Below are positions 28,010-38,708 of a stretch of 55,040 nt of DNA, in pieces (the stretch's first letter is position 1; every line of letters starts with the position of its first letter). This stretch comes from Chromera velia (lineage: Eukaryota). The DNA lies in the NCBI GenBank assembly GCA_018398765.1, contig JAHBMJ010000165.1:1-55040 (forward strand), written 5' to 3'. Both the position numbers and the translations under genes were made by a program. The notes under the pieces were generated by a model, which saw only the letters and a list, made by a program, of their open reading frames with translations, ran no database searches and was not told the origin of the DNA.

Positions 28010-31000
28010 ACACACGACTCTTCATCTGAACAAACAGCAGACAAAATAGGGGATTCATGGGATCCTTGACAGATGGAGACGATGCTCAGAAACCGCAACC
28101 GAAGGCGATGGTCAGACGCCCGTTTCACTCAACTGGACTCCCAACAGATATTCAACCTACCAGAACACGTCACGCCGTCTCCACTATACCCTGCATTGCA
28201 GGCACAAGTGAAGGACCCAGCAGTGTTTGTGCAGGCCCCGTTGCCGTCGCAGTTGTGGCTCGACGCACCGCACTCGTCGGCATCTGCACGGACAGGCGAA
28301 CCGCGGTCAATCGTGCAGCCTCACACAATCAACGTCACACGCACATAGGCTTGTACAGAAAACACTGACACGAGCGTTGTGTGGTCCACCAACAGCTGTG
28401 TACGCCCATGTGCGGCTTCAAAAAGCAGAGGGACATTCTCACGACGCCCAAGGAGGAACAACATGTAGCCAGATGAAACGACAAGCTGAGAGGTGGAGAC
28501 TAAACCCTGTTCTAAAAAGCGACAAATGCATGATCCTACACTGATCTGAAGGAAAGACAACGCAGCTTTTGATGATCAGAAGCCCGACTGTCCACTAAGG
28601 ACACGGAAAAGACATTCAACCTACCAGAACACGTCACGCCGTCTCCAGTATACCCTCCGTTGCACGCACAAGTGAAGGAGCCAGCAGTGTTTGTGCAGGC
28701 CCCATTGCCGTTGCAGTTGTGGCTGGATGCACTGCACTCGTCGGCATCTGCCAGCTGAACGCCTGCATTTTCAGACATTTTTCAGACACACGGGGAAGCG
28801 TAGGAAATCAGCAGAGAGACTCAAGGGCAGCTGCTCACTTTACAATTCTCAGCGGAAGAGAAAATTGTCTTCTTTTTTTCGCAGTCGTTGCGCGCTTGTC
28901 CCTAGTCACAGATAAATAGGAAATGGGAAGCCCTTGATCTCCGTGACCGAGCTAAGGTGAATGAATGGAAAGGCTACGCAGACAGAGGAAGACTTGTGCC
29001 ACTGAATGACGAGACATCGGGGTGAGGCAGATTGGACAACTGGGCATCCATCTTTGCTTCGAGAGGAATCGCTGTCTGAAGTGCGCTTGCTGACAGGGAG
29101 TGATACATGGGCTGGAAGGTCTGTTGTAGTATTGCTCTGTATGTCGTATTCGCATTTTGTTTTTACACCCAATTCGCTGTGATGCTTCCCACCAACTTAT
29201 GCATGCAGGAAGGGTATAGAGATTTGATTGAATAAACCCCACCTGCAACTGGCTCGGAGGCAGTGACGTCACCGCCCGCTGGGGAGCCCAGTTGGCCTGA
29301 ACCGTTGTCACCCGCCGCAACCAGACCTCCTCCGGTTTGCACGATGAATATGTTCAGCTCATTTGCAACGACCTGTAAGATAACATGAATCGGACGGAAG
29401 TAAGCAGAGCGGGACTGACTGATTGACTCCTCGGGACGATACCAAATCCTTTGGACACTGCGGCAAGGCTTTCAGGCATATCGGTGTCGAGTCGCCTTTG
29501 TGTTTTCTTATCGATATATTAATAATGTTTTTCCCTTGCTCTCATTTCGTGCTAGCATATTCGGCGTATGATTGAGGACTTAATCTGAAGTTTTGAAGAT
29601 TTCTGAGCCCTCAGAGGGTTTTTCTCGTAGCATATGAGGGGTGTGATCATGTCCTTTGACGTGGATTGCCTGACAGGATGGCTGAGCAAGGCATGCAGAC
29701 AGACAGGAGAGGAACATCTTCTTTTGGTAGCAAAAAGGACAAGCAAGGTGAGTTTTTTGAACGCCCATTCGTTGTGTAAAGCTCGACTTACGATAGGGGG
29801 CACTTTTGCATTCGTTGATTTTGACCCACCTTGGCTGCATTGGCGGACAGCACCAGCGGAGTCGGCGCGTCTCTCTCTGAGGAGTCGCCGAGCCCGAGCT
29901 CCCCCGATTTGTTCTCTCCCCACACGAGCAAAGATCCGTCCCCATTGCGGACTATTGCGGAGTCTTTTCCTGCACCCACTCACAGGTATTCCATTGACAA
30001 AAACACCAACATGGAGCCAGGTCTGAGCACAAAGTGTTTCCACACTCGATTTCAAGGCTATTATTTCAAGGCACCTGTTGAATCTCCTCTTTTCCATACA
30101 CATGCAGAGGGAGGGCAGGACCACCTTGGAGCCTGATGTTTCCATACGGCTGTTTTCATGCCGATAGCAACCTCTCGATTGACGGTGCTGTATGCGCTTG
30201 GTACTGAAACAAAGAAGTGAGGACTGATCACTTGTCACCCCACAAATCCTATTTTTTCCTTCTTTTCTTCTTTCTTTCCTTCTTTGCTTCTTTTGTTCTT
30301 TCTTTCCTTTCTTCCTTTCTTCCTTTCTTCCTTTCTTCCTTCCTTCCTTCTTTCCTTCCTTCCTTCCTTCTTTCCTTCCTTCCTTCCTTCCTTCTCTCGT
30401 TCTCTCCTTTTTTTCTTCTTTTCTTGTTTGCTTCTTTCCTTCTTCCTTCTTTCTCTTCTTTCTTTCTTTCTTTCTTTCCTTCCTTCCTTCCTTCCTTCCT
30501 TCCTTGTTTCCTTCCTCTCTTCCATCCTTCCTTTTATTTTCCTCTTTCCTCCATGCAATCCTTTGCTCTCTCTCCGTCCGTCCTTGTCTCCCTCCCTCCC
30601 TCCCTCCCTCCGTCTCTGTTCATCCTTCAATTTCCTGTGCATGTACGTCCTCTTGTCCTCTTGCGAATGGAATGGATGGCTCAAGCCAAGCAACCGTTCC
30701 TCCATGGTTCCAGAAGTACGCAAGGAATCAGAACAGCGTGACAAAAAACTGTTTCTCTGTAAGCTCACCTAAGGATACCTCGACTGCTCCAGAAGAAACA
30801 ATTTCGATAAAAACAGAGTTCCCGTGCCCGCTTGCGCCGCCGTCTCCGAGCTGCCCCTTTTTGTTGTCCCCAACCGTGAAGACTTTCCCTGATGCAGTTA
30901 AGACGGCACTGTGTTTTTCTCCAGCAGCAGCCATGGTAACGTTTTCACCCGGAATAGTGACCTGCGTGATCGCATCAATTAGACAGAACGAAAAGGTGAC

Positions 31001-31048
31001 TGTGCGACAGACCCACACCTACAGACACAGACACAGACACAGACACAG

Positions 31049-31094
<46 letters not shown>

Positions 31095-34000
31095 CGAAGC
31101 AGAGGAAGACAAAGGAACAGAGGAAGAAATGTCGTCAGAGCCACAGCATGGCATGCATTGAATAGAATTATGTGGTGCCTTTGTTTGTGCCTTGATATCT
31201 GGAGAGAAAAGGGGAATCATGAGAGAGGCACAATGACAGACAGGCTATGTGTTTTTTTTTTTCCCTCTCTCCGAGTGACAGGCAGGCAGACAGCCATGTC
31301 GATATATAAAACAAATGACAGACAGGCAGACAAATAAGCGAGCACACAAGTATTCAGACAAACAGACAGACAGACAATATGTTTCTTCTTCTCCCTCCTT
31401 TTCTTCATGTACACAACAGACAGACACACAGACAGACAGAAAGGACAAAGATAAAAGAATAAAACAAACAACCAAACAACGTGGGCAGGCGGCCCGAAAG
31501 GTGAGAGTTAAGCGCCCCTTGACTCTCCACCTCCCGACAGACTTTCTGGGTATCACTGGGTTAACACATTCATACTCTGCTGCTTCCACTCAAGACAAAA
31601 AGAAGAGAAAACAAGAAAAAAGAAAACGTACTGCAGTTCAAACAAACACATACAACATAGGGGGAACCGGCACCGTCATGTTATTGGGGGTGGGGGGGTG
31701 GGGGGGCGCCCCTGCGAGGGGGGAATCTTCTGATGCTGTGTCTTCGTCTGTTGCGGAAAGACTCTTTCGGACAGACAGGCAAGCGGACAGGCAGACAGGA
31801 AGGGAGACAGACGCGACGACTCCTGAGGGGACAGTACTGAGAGAGGTCCAGCTAGAAAAGAAAGGAGGCCAAGCGCTAATCCACATACTTCCTTTTGACA
31901 GCTGGACGAATTCACAGGCTTCCGTCTCTTCACTCGATCCCCCTCTCGTGAGCATCTCAGAATGTCTGCCTGCCTGCGCATGGTTCTATCATCATGCACA
32001 TACCTGAACGTGAGTACTCTGATCCGTTTCACTGCCTGTCCCAAGTCGCCCTTCCTTCCCGTTTCCGGCAGAGAAGAGTTTCCCGTCGGTTGTCCAGATA
32101 AGTGAATGCTCCTTTCCACAGCCCGCTCCCGCAACTGTTTCCCCGCTCAAAGAGGTGACTTGTGTTGGGCTGTTCCTGTCAGATGTGTCCCCCAATCCTG
32201 CGAAATGTTTGCAAATGAAATCCGAGAATGGAGCGTTCTGATCTTTGCAGATTTGTGCAGAGAAATGAATGAATTGTTTGGCTACGCATGTGGAGAAGGC
32301 AAGGCTATCCGGCACGCGATCGATCATGCTCCTCTTCAAAGAGTGGACCAAGCAAACAGCAAAAGGAAAAGACATGCCGGCAAAGGCACGTAAGGTAACC
32401 CGCAGAAAAGCAAAGAGAAGAGAAGGAAAAGACGAGAACTTTCGTCTGGTTTGCTCTCTTCCCTCCTTCCCTCACCTTCCTACCTCCTGAAATTTCCCTC
32501 TCTCTCTCTCTGCGAGCCGGTCTGTGTGCCTGCCTGTCTATCTGTCTGTCTGTCTCTCTGTCAATCTGTCTGTCTGTCTGTCGGTCTTTCTGTCTGTCTG
32601 TCTGTCTGTCTCTGTGTATCTCTGCCTGCCTCTGTCTGCCTCTGTGTATCTCTTTCTGTCTCTGTCCTTCTCTGTCTCTCTCTCTCTCTCTCTCTTGTGG
32701 GCTGTCTCACCCCCATTTCCTCCCATTTTGTTTCTAGTTTGGTTTTTCTCACACCCACAGAAGTCCCCAAACCGACGGACCCAATTGTCCTGCAAGAACA
32801 CACAAAAAGAGAAGGGAACACATGGAGGATATTATGAAAGAATTGCGGGAAGAAAGTGCGAGAATGGTTGCCTCGGAGAAAATGGGGGGAAGTTCAAAAG
32901 TGGGGAGGTGACAGACCGAAAGACTTACAAGCAGGCAGGTACACAGACATACAGACCAAAGGGCGTTATCAGAGAGGGCGAGCTGGGGCTAGGGGCAACT
33001 TGTGGAGAGTGGACAGGGGTTGAAAGGAAAAACGAGAAGCAGAGAGGGCGAGCTGGGGCTAGGGGCAACTTGTGGAGAGTGGACAGGGGTTGAAAGGAAA
33101 AGCGAGCAGCAGAGAGGGCGAGCTGGGGCTAGGGGCAACTTGTGGAGAGGCCAAGGAAAAGCGAGCAGCAGAGAGGGCGAAAGATGGTGTGGACAAAGAA
33201 AGATGCAGATTGAAGCAAGACAGGAGATATGCAGCACAAAGAATTCGAAATACTGAGTGAAAGAAACAGATGCAGAGAGGAGAGACAGTCACAAGCAGCA
33301 CAACAAACCCTTTTTGTTGTCTCCCCAGCTGTACAGGTTCCCAGATAGAGTCCATGCCATTGTGAAGGCCTCCCCACAGCAGACCCCGGCAACGTTCGGG
33401 AGATTGATGTCCAGTGCGTTGGCGCTGTTCGACGTCGAACCGTCCCCCAATTGCCCCGCGTCATTCAACCCCCATGTGTACAATCGATCGTTCCCAGAAG
33501 TGCTCACGAAAGCACTGTGATCCGATGCACACCCGGTTTTGACCCCCGGTAAAGCGAACACCTGAGTGAAGGAGTCTCTGCCGGTTGTGTCACTTAAACC
33601 GAGTTGTCCATATGAGTTCGCTCCTGACGCATGCCTGCAAGAGAGATTCATTCACAGACATCGATGCTAGGAAAAATACTGTCCCTCAGAAGCATTTTTG
33701 TGGCCGGCATCCGTAAATTCTCTCTGGATTGCTCTCTCGCTATTGGGCCGTCAGTTCTGGCGAGGTTCCTCTCAATTGTCGATCGACAGGGCATGCGTTC
33801 TCTGGCAGGCCTTGAATCTTTCCTTTTCTCCTTCCATCCTTTCTCCTTCCATCCTTTCCACTCCCCTCCGCCCTGGTCTCTGGACGCCTTCCTTGCTTTC
33901 GTCCTTGTTCCCATCACTCTCTTCTTCTTTGCCCGGGGTTCTCCGATCCCCTTGTCCTCGTTCCTTCCTTCCTCCCTTCCTTCCTTCCCTCCCCCCTTTC

Positions 34001-34333
34001 TTCCTTCCTTCCTGCCTGCCTTCCTGCCTTCCTTCTTTCCTTCTTCCTTCCTTCCCTTCCTTCCCTTTCTCCCTTTCTCCCTCCCGTCCTTCCCCTCCTC
34101 CCTCCCTTCGTTGCATCTTTTCCTCCTTCCTTCCCTCCTTCCTTTATTTCTTTCTTTTTTGTCTTTCTTCCTTTCTTCCCCCCCTCCCCCCTCTCTTCTC
34201 TTGCTGACAATTTATCGCTTGTGTCCACTATAAAGGCATGATCCAATCCAACAACGATGTCTTTTGCGACCAGGGACTGTGTTTTTGCCTTTTTGAGCAG
34301 CGCGAAAAGTGTAATAGTTAGCTGCAGGCGCAT
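9203..34333 (-). CDS. Cysteine repeat modular protein (CRMP)-like multi-pass surface protein, ~3100 aa, ~32 exons: SP - RCC1 repeats - EGF x6 - PPC-like - EGF - sushi x3 - HYR x2 - Cys-rich - multi-TM - long cytoplasmic tail
   Basis: Manual exons: 34209-34333, 33309-33634, 32781-32789, 32004-32197, 30769-30961, 29830-29969, 29243-29372, 28625-28747, 28161-28283, 27022-27147, 26452-26586, 26045-26164, 25593-25715, 24719-24888, 24285-24471, 23858-24025, 23374-23583, 22879-22984, 22325-22434, 21823-22044, 20951-21048, 20165-20318, 19608-19908, 18617-19181, 17513-17697, 16549-16702, 15433-16170, 14782-14895, 14479-14613, 13599-13864, 11443-13254, 9203-10994. All introns are GT-AG and phase-compatible; the total of 9354 nt is a multiple of 3. 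The last two junctions are the least certain. Confidence 0.82.
13599..17697 (-). other. Multi-pass transmembrane region of the CRMP-like protein
   Basis: G|PLCKEC..CEVC then hydrophobic helices. The segments [27 protein letters not shown] and [13 protein letters not shown] match the YGFL-GY-x-YWE-RK / PF-x-LN-E pattern of the alveolate CRMP-type TM domain. Confidence 0.8.
17118..17490. repeat. (GACA)n/(GGCA)n intronic microsatellite, representative of many others (e.g. 6360-6720, 13290-13435, 14018-14230, 15340-15432, 21480-21680, 27440-27700, 30250-30610, 33960-34200, 51885-52050)
   Basis: Directly visible simple repeats within predicted introns. Confidence 0.95.
18189..18600. repeat. Intronic 23-bp minisatellite (GACTGTCTGAAA(C/G)ACATGATT(A/G)G), ~18 copies
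   Basis: Directly visible tandem units, beginning next to the donor of exon 18617-19181. Confidence 0.95.
19608..21048 (-). other. Two HYR domains of the large gene
   Basis: [10 protein letters not shown]...[20 protein letters not shown] and [10 protein letters not shown]...[17 protein letters not shown] fit the HYR consensus DxxPPxxxCP...ATDxSGNxAxCxF. Confidence 0.88.
21823..23583 (-). other. Three sushi/CCP domains of the large gene
   Basis: C..P.P.NG...GD.V.F.C..GY/F.L.G....C....W....C pattern in exons 23374-23583, 22879-22984 + 22325-22434, and 21823-22044. Confidence 0.85.
24966..25317. repeat. Intronic 107-bp tandem repeat (~3.3 copies) with an internal inverted repeat
   Basis: Near-identical units at 107-bp spacing. 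Each has ATGCATTTTCTTTCATACA ... TGTATGAAAGAAAATGCAT. Confidence 0.93.
26652..26790. repeat. Intronic 66-bp tandem duplication
   Basis: GACGGCAGAAAAGATCCAGACCCCCCTACCGG...GATAACGTAAT occurs twice. Confidence 0.9.
29243..34333 (-). other. Signal peptide plus RCC1/BLIP-II beta-propeller repeats at the N-terminus of the large gene
   Basis: [18 protein letters not shown], then repeats [66 protein letters not shown] (seven GxNxxGxLG motifs). Confidence 0.88.
32970..33180. repeat. Intronic 70-bp tandem repeat (~3 copies, last one internally deleted)
   Basis: CAGAGAGGGCGAGCTGGGGCTAGGGGCAACTTGTGGAGAG at about 32970, 33040 and 33110. Confidence 0.9.
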
Positions 34334-34781
34334 CCTCCAGCTGAGGCGGCGCAAAGCAGAAGTCAAAACTTCGAAAAATGAAGTGTCAGTCAGTGTTGGT
34401 CTCCGAGTCCACCACAAAACGTCATTCAATTGCTTGGTCCCCGACCGTGCGTGCAGCTGTGCATATCGCGACTGCAGATTCCATGTGGAATTTCTGAGCT
34501 TACAGCATCGTCAACATGCCATTCTAGAAGAATTCTCTGTCCCTCCTTGAACAGATTCGGTATTTGCGGTTTGGGTGGGGGTTGTGACTATTCTCAGCGG
34601 TTTCCTTCCGTGAGAAGACTCGAGCAATACTACCTGGGGATCGCCGGAACAGTAAGACAGATTCTCGAAAGTGCTTGCTGCGAAGCTCAAAAAGACCTCG
34701 CAATCATTGAGGTCCTCTATAGACACGATATTGTCATATGATGTATGTATTATACAAGTACGTATGGATCGATCTCGATCA

Positions 34782-34893
34782 TGCATGCATATGTCGATCG
34801 CTCGACTCGATTCTACCTAGCTGTATATATATATATATATATATATATCGCGAGTTCCATGCATGCAACTAATAAAAAATCTATCTGCATGCA
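34782..34893. promoter_or_regulatory. Cluster of three TGCATGCA motifs upstream of the large gene (candidate ApiAP2 sites)
   Basis: TGCATGCA at 34782, 34860 and 34886, 450-560 bp upstream of the ATG at 34333. Confidence 0.4.
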
Positions 34894-35399
34894 TTCATAA
34901 ATTGAGTGAGTGCGCGCGCCTTGCGCGCGCGGGGGCGGGAGGGGGTTGAAAGAAAGTCATAAAGGGACAAGTGAAAAAAAACTAAAAATCATCAAAATGT
35001 ATCTATAAAAAAAAATCTATGATTAACTGCTTGATTCTATGGTGAAGACAGGGGCTATGTCGTTAGTTCTAGCGACGGGAGTTAGGAGTGGCCATCATAC
35101 AAACGCCTGAGGAGTTAGGAGGAGGACAGTCCGAGGAATTCCGAAGACTTATTGATCAACTAAGACCAACTACTAGGGTTCAAATACTTCAACTGTCAGC
35201 AAAAAAATTTAAGAAAAAAAAAATGTGGATGTCTAAATAAATTAAAAAAAATAACCTTAAAATGGTTCAAAATGAGGAATTAGCTAAGCGAGGTAGTGCG
35301 GGCATTTTTTTTACAAAAGTGTTTCTTCTATTATGCAAAGTCTGTGGTATAGTTAGGTTAATTAGTATACAGTTATGGATATAGTTTAACTCATATGAG

Positions 35400-35472
35400 T
35401 GGAGCAGAAGAGTACCTATGCTGGGCCTTGGGAAGTGGAACAGAGAAGTACCTCTGCCGGGCCCTTTACAGT
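35400..35472 (+). repeat. Dispersed ~70-bp GC-rich repeat; related copies at ~36452-36530 (direct) and ~44369-44440 (inverted)
   Basis: Shared core GAGTACCTCTGCYRGGCCYT..GGAGTGGAACAGAGGAGTACCTCTGCCGGGC. Confidence 0.8.
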
Positions 35473-36960
35473 TGAGCCGGGCGTGCCGAAAGCGGGACGT
35501 TAGGACATATGTAGGCATATGTCACATCTTCTTTGCGTTTTCTTTTTCTATGATTCACACTGAAAGTGCAGTTGATCATATGAAGAAAAGCAGAGTCTTA
35601 ATTATGGAGAAGACAAACCTATTTCTCTCAATTTTATCTGCATTTACATTGTTTTTTTCTTTACATCAAAGTTTCCCTTACTAGTTTCCTTAATTATATG
35701 GTAAAACAGAGCTAGTCAGACTCTGATTTGAATTCCGCCTTTCTTTGTTTTACCTGCCTATTACGGACTGCAGCAATGATCTGCAAGGTGCTCGTTGCGG
35801 GGAGGACTAGCCTTCTAGACTTTAGGATTTTTTTGTATTCTTCCCTTGCATCTACAAACCAGACCTTGATTTGTTTTAGGTCTGTGCCTCTCTTTACTGT
35901 ACCTTGTCTTTTGTCTCCTTTGCTGCTGATCATATGCCATCTTGTAATTTATCTTTTTCTGACTATTTTTGACAGTGTGAGACTATATGACAGCAATCGT
36001 TTTATCATGTTTGCTGTTAGCTTTCCATGCATGCTTTTCATAAAGTCTGAAGCAGGACAAATTGTTTACGGATTATGTGGATCTAGCTGTTTCTTTTATG
36101 CACATGGTATCATATGCCATTGGTCTGTATGCAAACACTCTTTAATTGTGTCTATCAAATTTTAGTCAAATTTCTTTTTACTTCCATTGAATGCAAGCAT
36201 GGTCTGTTTGTAGATCTGACAAGAAAGTTTGCTGTTGGAGCTTAGTTAGTACCAGTTAGTTAGAGTAATGCCATACGGCTACATGCGGCTACATGCAGCT
36301 ATTCATGTTTCTTCTTAATTTTTTCTCTGTTTGTTTTTGTTTTGAGGTGACTTTTGATTGAAAAACAACGAGTAACGAGTTAATAATATGCTGTTCTGTA
36401 TTGAATCTGTAACTATGTCATTCTAAAACTGCTTATGTTCAGCAAAGGGGGGGTGGAGCAGAGGTTCCGGAGTACCTCTGCCAGGCCCTGAGGAGTGGAA
36501 CAGAGGAGTACCTCTGCCGGGCGCCCTTGAGCCGCCGTAGCGGCGGGCGTGCTGGAAGTAGGACATTTGGGCATATGCCAGGGCCGGCGCCATACGTATT
36601 ATATTCATCTATGCACTGCATATAATTAAATCAAAGATCTGGCCGGACAGAAAGCAAAAAGCTTTTTAAAGACTTAGTATAGCTTAGCCCTAGACCGCTG
36701 TTATCAGTCATTGGACTGATTCAGAACCAACTATACGGTTGAAAAAGGCTAAAGGTGACGCCTTATCAGCTTCTACGGTGGGTAGCGCATTTCATTTCTT
36801 TTATGAGGCCCCGGGGGCCTTTAAAATATCATTTCTCACTGTAGCTCTAGTGACTATTTGGACGTTTCTATCCTTTTGTAGTTTTTGTGCTATTTGGCGT
36901 CTTATAGGACAGGATGAAACATATTGAGACTTACTTCCCTTTATCTTCTTTCTACTACGG

Positions 36961-37428
36961 TGCTATGCGCTACTTAAGAACAGCTAGAAAGAAAATAAAA
37001 ATTAAAATTAATGAATTGATTGTGGTTTAAAGTAACACTGAGCAAAAGAGAATTGTGCGCATCACTCGCCCTCATGATCTAATGGTTAGCATACAATACT
37101 AACAAGCAACAGGTAATAGGTTCAAGCCTCGCTACCTCCTTTTTAAAAATCAAAAAAAGAAGATGCACGACGTTAATGTCTTGTATCATACAGATGTTGG
37201 CCTGTCGCAATTCGTTCGAAATCAGATGAAAGACTTCCAAAAGACTTGCTGAAAGACTATAATAAAATCAGAATGATCATCAAATTGCAAGAAATCTCCA
37301 TGCTTCTAACATCGATCGAGTCTGTCACTGGAGATCGACCTGAACCACTCCAGTAACATCAAGCCCTGAAGACCCTTGAACCTTTGCAAGCACTCACCAG
37401 CGCCAACCCTTCTAAGTAGACCTTAACA
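36961..37428 (+). repeat. 5' LTR (468 bp)
   Basis: TGCTATGCGC...GACCTTAACA; about 95% identical to the 3' LTR by manual alignment. Confidence 0.95.
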
Positions 37429-37430
37429 CG

Positions 37431-37446
37431 TGGTGACGCCTAGCTC
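37431..37446 (+). promoter_or_regulatory. Primer binding site (TGGTGACGCC...), possibly tRNA-Trp-like
   Basis: TGG starts 2 nt after the LTR end. The tRNA identity is inference. Confidence 0.7.
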
Positions 37447-37826
37447 AAGATCGACAAGATTAAGGAGCTGAGCGAACGGAGATCAACCTTCTCTTACTGA
37501 ACAACATCATTTTGCAAGCAACGCAGACTACCTTCTTCATCCAGAGAAGGTTCACCCAAAGGAAACCAAAACGCTGTGATCACCTACACCCTTACTACAG
37601 GAGCCCATACCTGCGAGCCACCAACTCAAACCTCAACTTACACTCCCTGGACCTGGCTATTCCTTTGGTGTCCTGTACCTGGAAAGAGAAGAAGCAGGAC
37701 TATATCGTGAAGCGCTGCTAAAATTTCTGACGGAACCCCACTTCCCGTCCTCCGCCAAAATTCTGTACCGAGCAGAACCATACCGCGAAGCACTGCCGAA
37801 ATCAGACAGAACCGGGTCCCCACTTC

Positions 37827-38650
37827 TGCCCTTCTCATGAATTTCACACACTCTACCTGAGAGTGAATTTGACCTCTCTCCATTCTTTTGCAAACGGTGA
37901 AGCCTTGCCCTTTCTATTAATTTTACACATTCTACCTGAGAGTGAATTTGACTCTTCTTCATTCTTATGAGAACGGCGAAACCCTGCCCTTTCTGTTAAT
38001 TTCACGCATTCTATCTGAGAGTGAATTTGACCGCTCTCCATTCTTCTGCAAACGGCGAAGCCCTGCCCTTTCTGTTAATTTTATGCATTCTACCTGAGAG
38101 TGAATTTGACTTTTCTTCATTCTTGTGAGAACGGCCAAGCCCTGCCTTTTCTATTGATTTTACGTATTCTACCTGAGAGTGAATTTGACTTTTCTTCATT
38201 CTTGTGAGAACGACGAAGCCCTGCCCTTTCTGTGAATTTTATGCACTCTACCTGAGAGTGAATTTGACTTTTCTTCATTTTTATGAGAACGACGAAGCCC
38301 TGCCCTTTCTGTGAATTTTACGCATTCTACCTGAGAGTGAATTTGACCTCTCTCCATTCTTGTATGAGCGGCGAAGCCCTGCCCTTTCTGTGAATTTTAC
38401 GCACTCTACCTGAGAGTGAATTTGACTTTTCTTCATTCTTGTGCGAGCGGCCAAGCCCTGCCCTTTCTATGAATTTTACGTATTCTACCTGAGAGTGAAT
38501 TTGACTTTTCTTCATTTTTGTGTGAGCGGCGAAGCCCTGCCTTTTCTGTGAATTTTACGCATTTTACCTGAGAGTGAATTTGACTTTTCTTCATTTTTGT
38601 GTGAGCGGCGAAGCCCTGCCCTTTCTGTGAATTTCACACGTTCTATCTGA
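37827..38650. repeat. 79-bp tandem repeat (~10 copies) in the 5' leader of the LTR element
   Basis: Unit GCCCTTTCTGTGAATTTTACGCATTCTACCTGAGAGTGAATTTGAC...GAAGCCCT recurring every 79 bp. Confidence 0.95.
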
Positions 38651-38708
38651 TAGTAAACTATACTCATCCTTCTGCGTAAGGCATAACATTAAAAAGGGAG
38701 AACCGAAT

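Larger units (their letters stand above)
23858..28747 (-). other. Seven EGF-like (mostly Ca-binding type) domains, one per phase-1 exon
   Basis: DxDEC...C.N..GSF/Y.C.C..GY/F.GDG..C, e.g. [40 protein letters not shown]. Confidence 0.92.

Noticed and set aside
29552..30238. 228-aa minus-strand ORF
   Set aside because: Out of frame with the RCC1 exon 29830-29969, which fits the repeat consensus and splice phases.
1115..34200. Universal strand bias of intronic microsatellites (CTGT on the sense strand)
   Set aside because: Holds in many introns but is reversed in several (1160-1260, 30250-30610, 32500-32700, 33800-34200).
35700..36400. Possible decayed coding sequence on the minus strand
   Set aside because: Many stops and no motif I can recognise; may be an old TE relic but cannot be supported.
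37827..38650. Regularly spaced repeats resembling a CRISPR array
   Set aside because: The whole 79-bp unit repeats with no unique spacers; there are no cas genes, and the array lies inside a eukaryotic LTR element.
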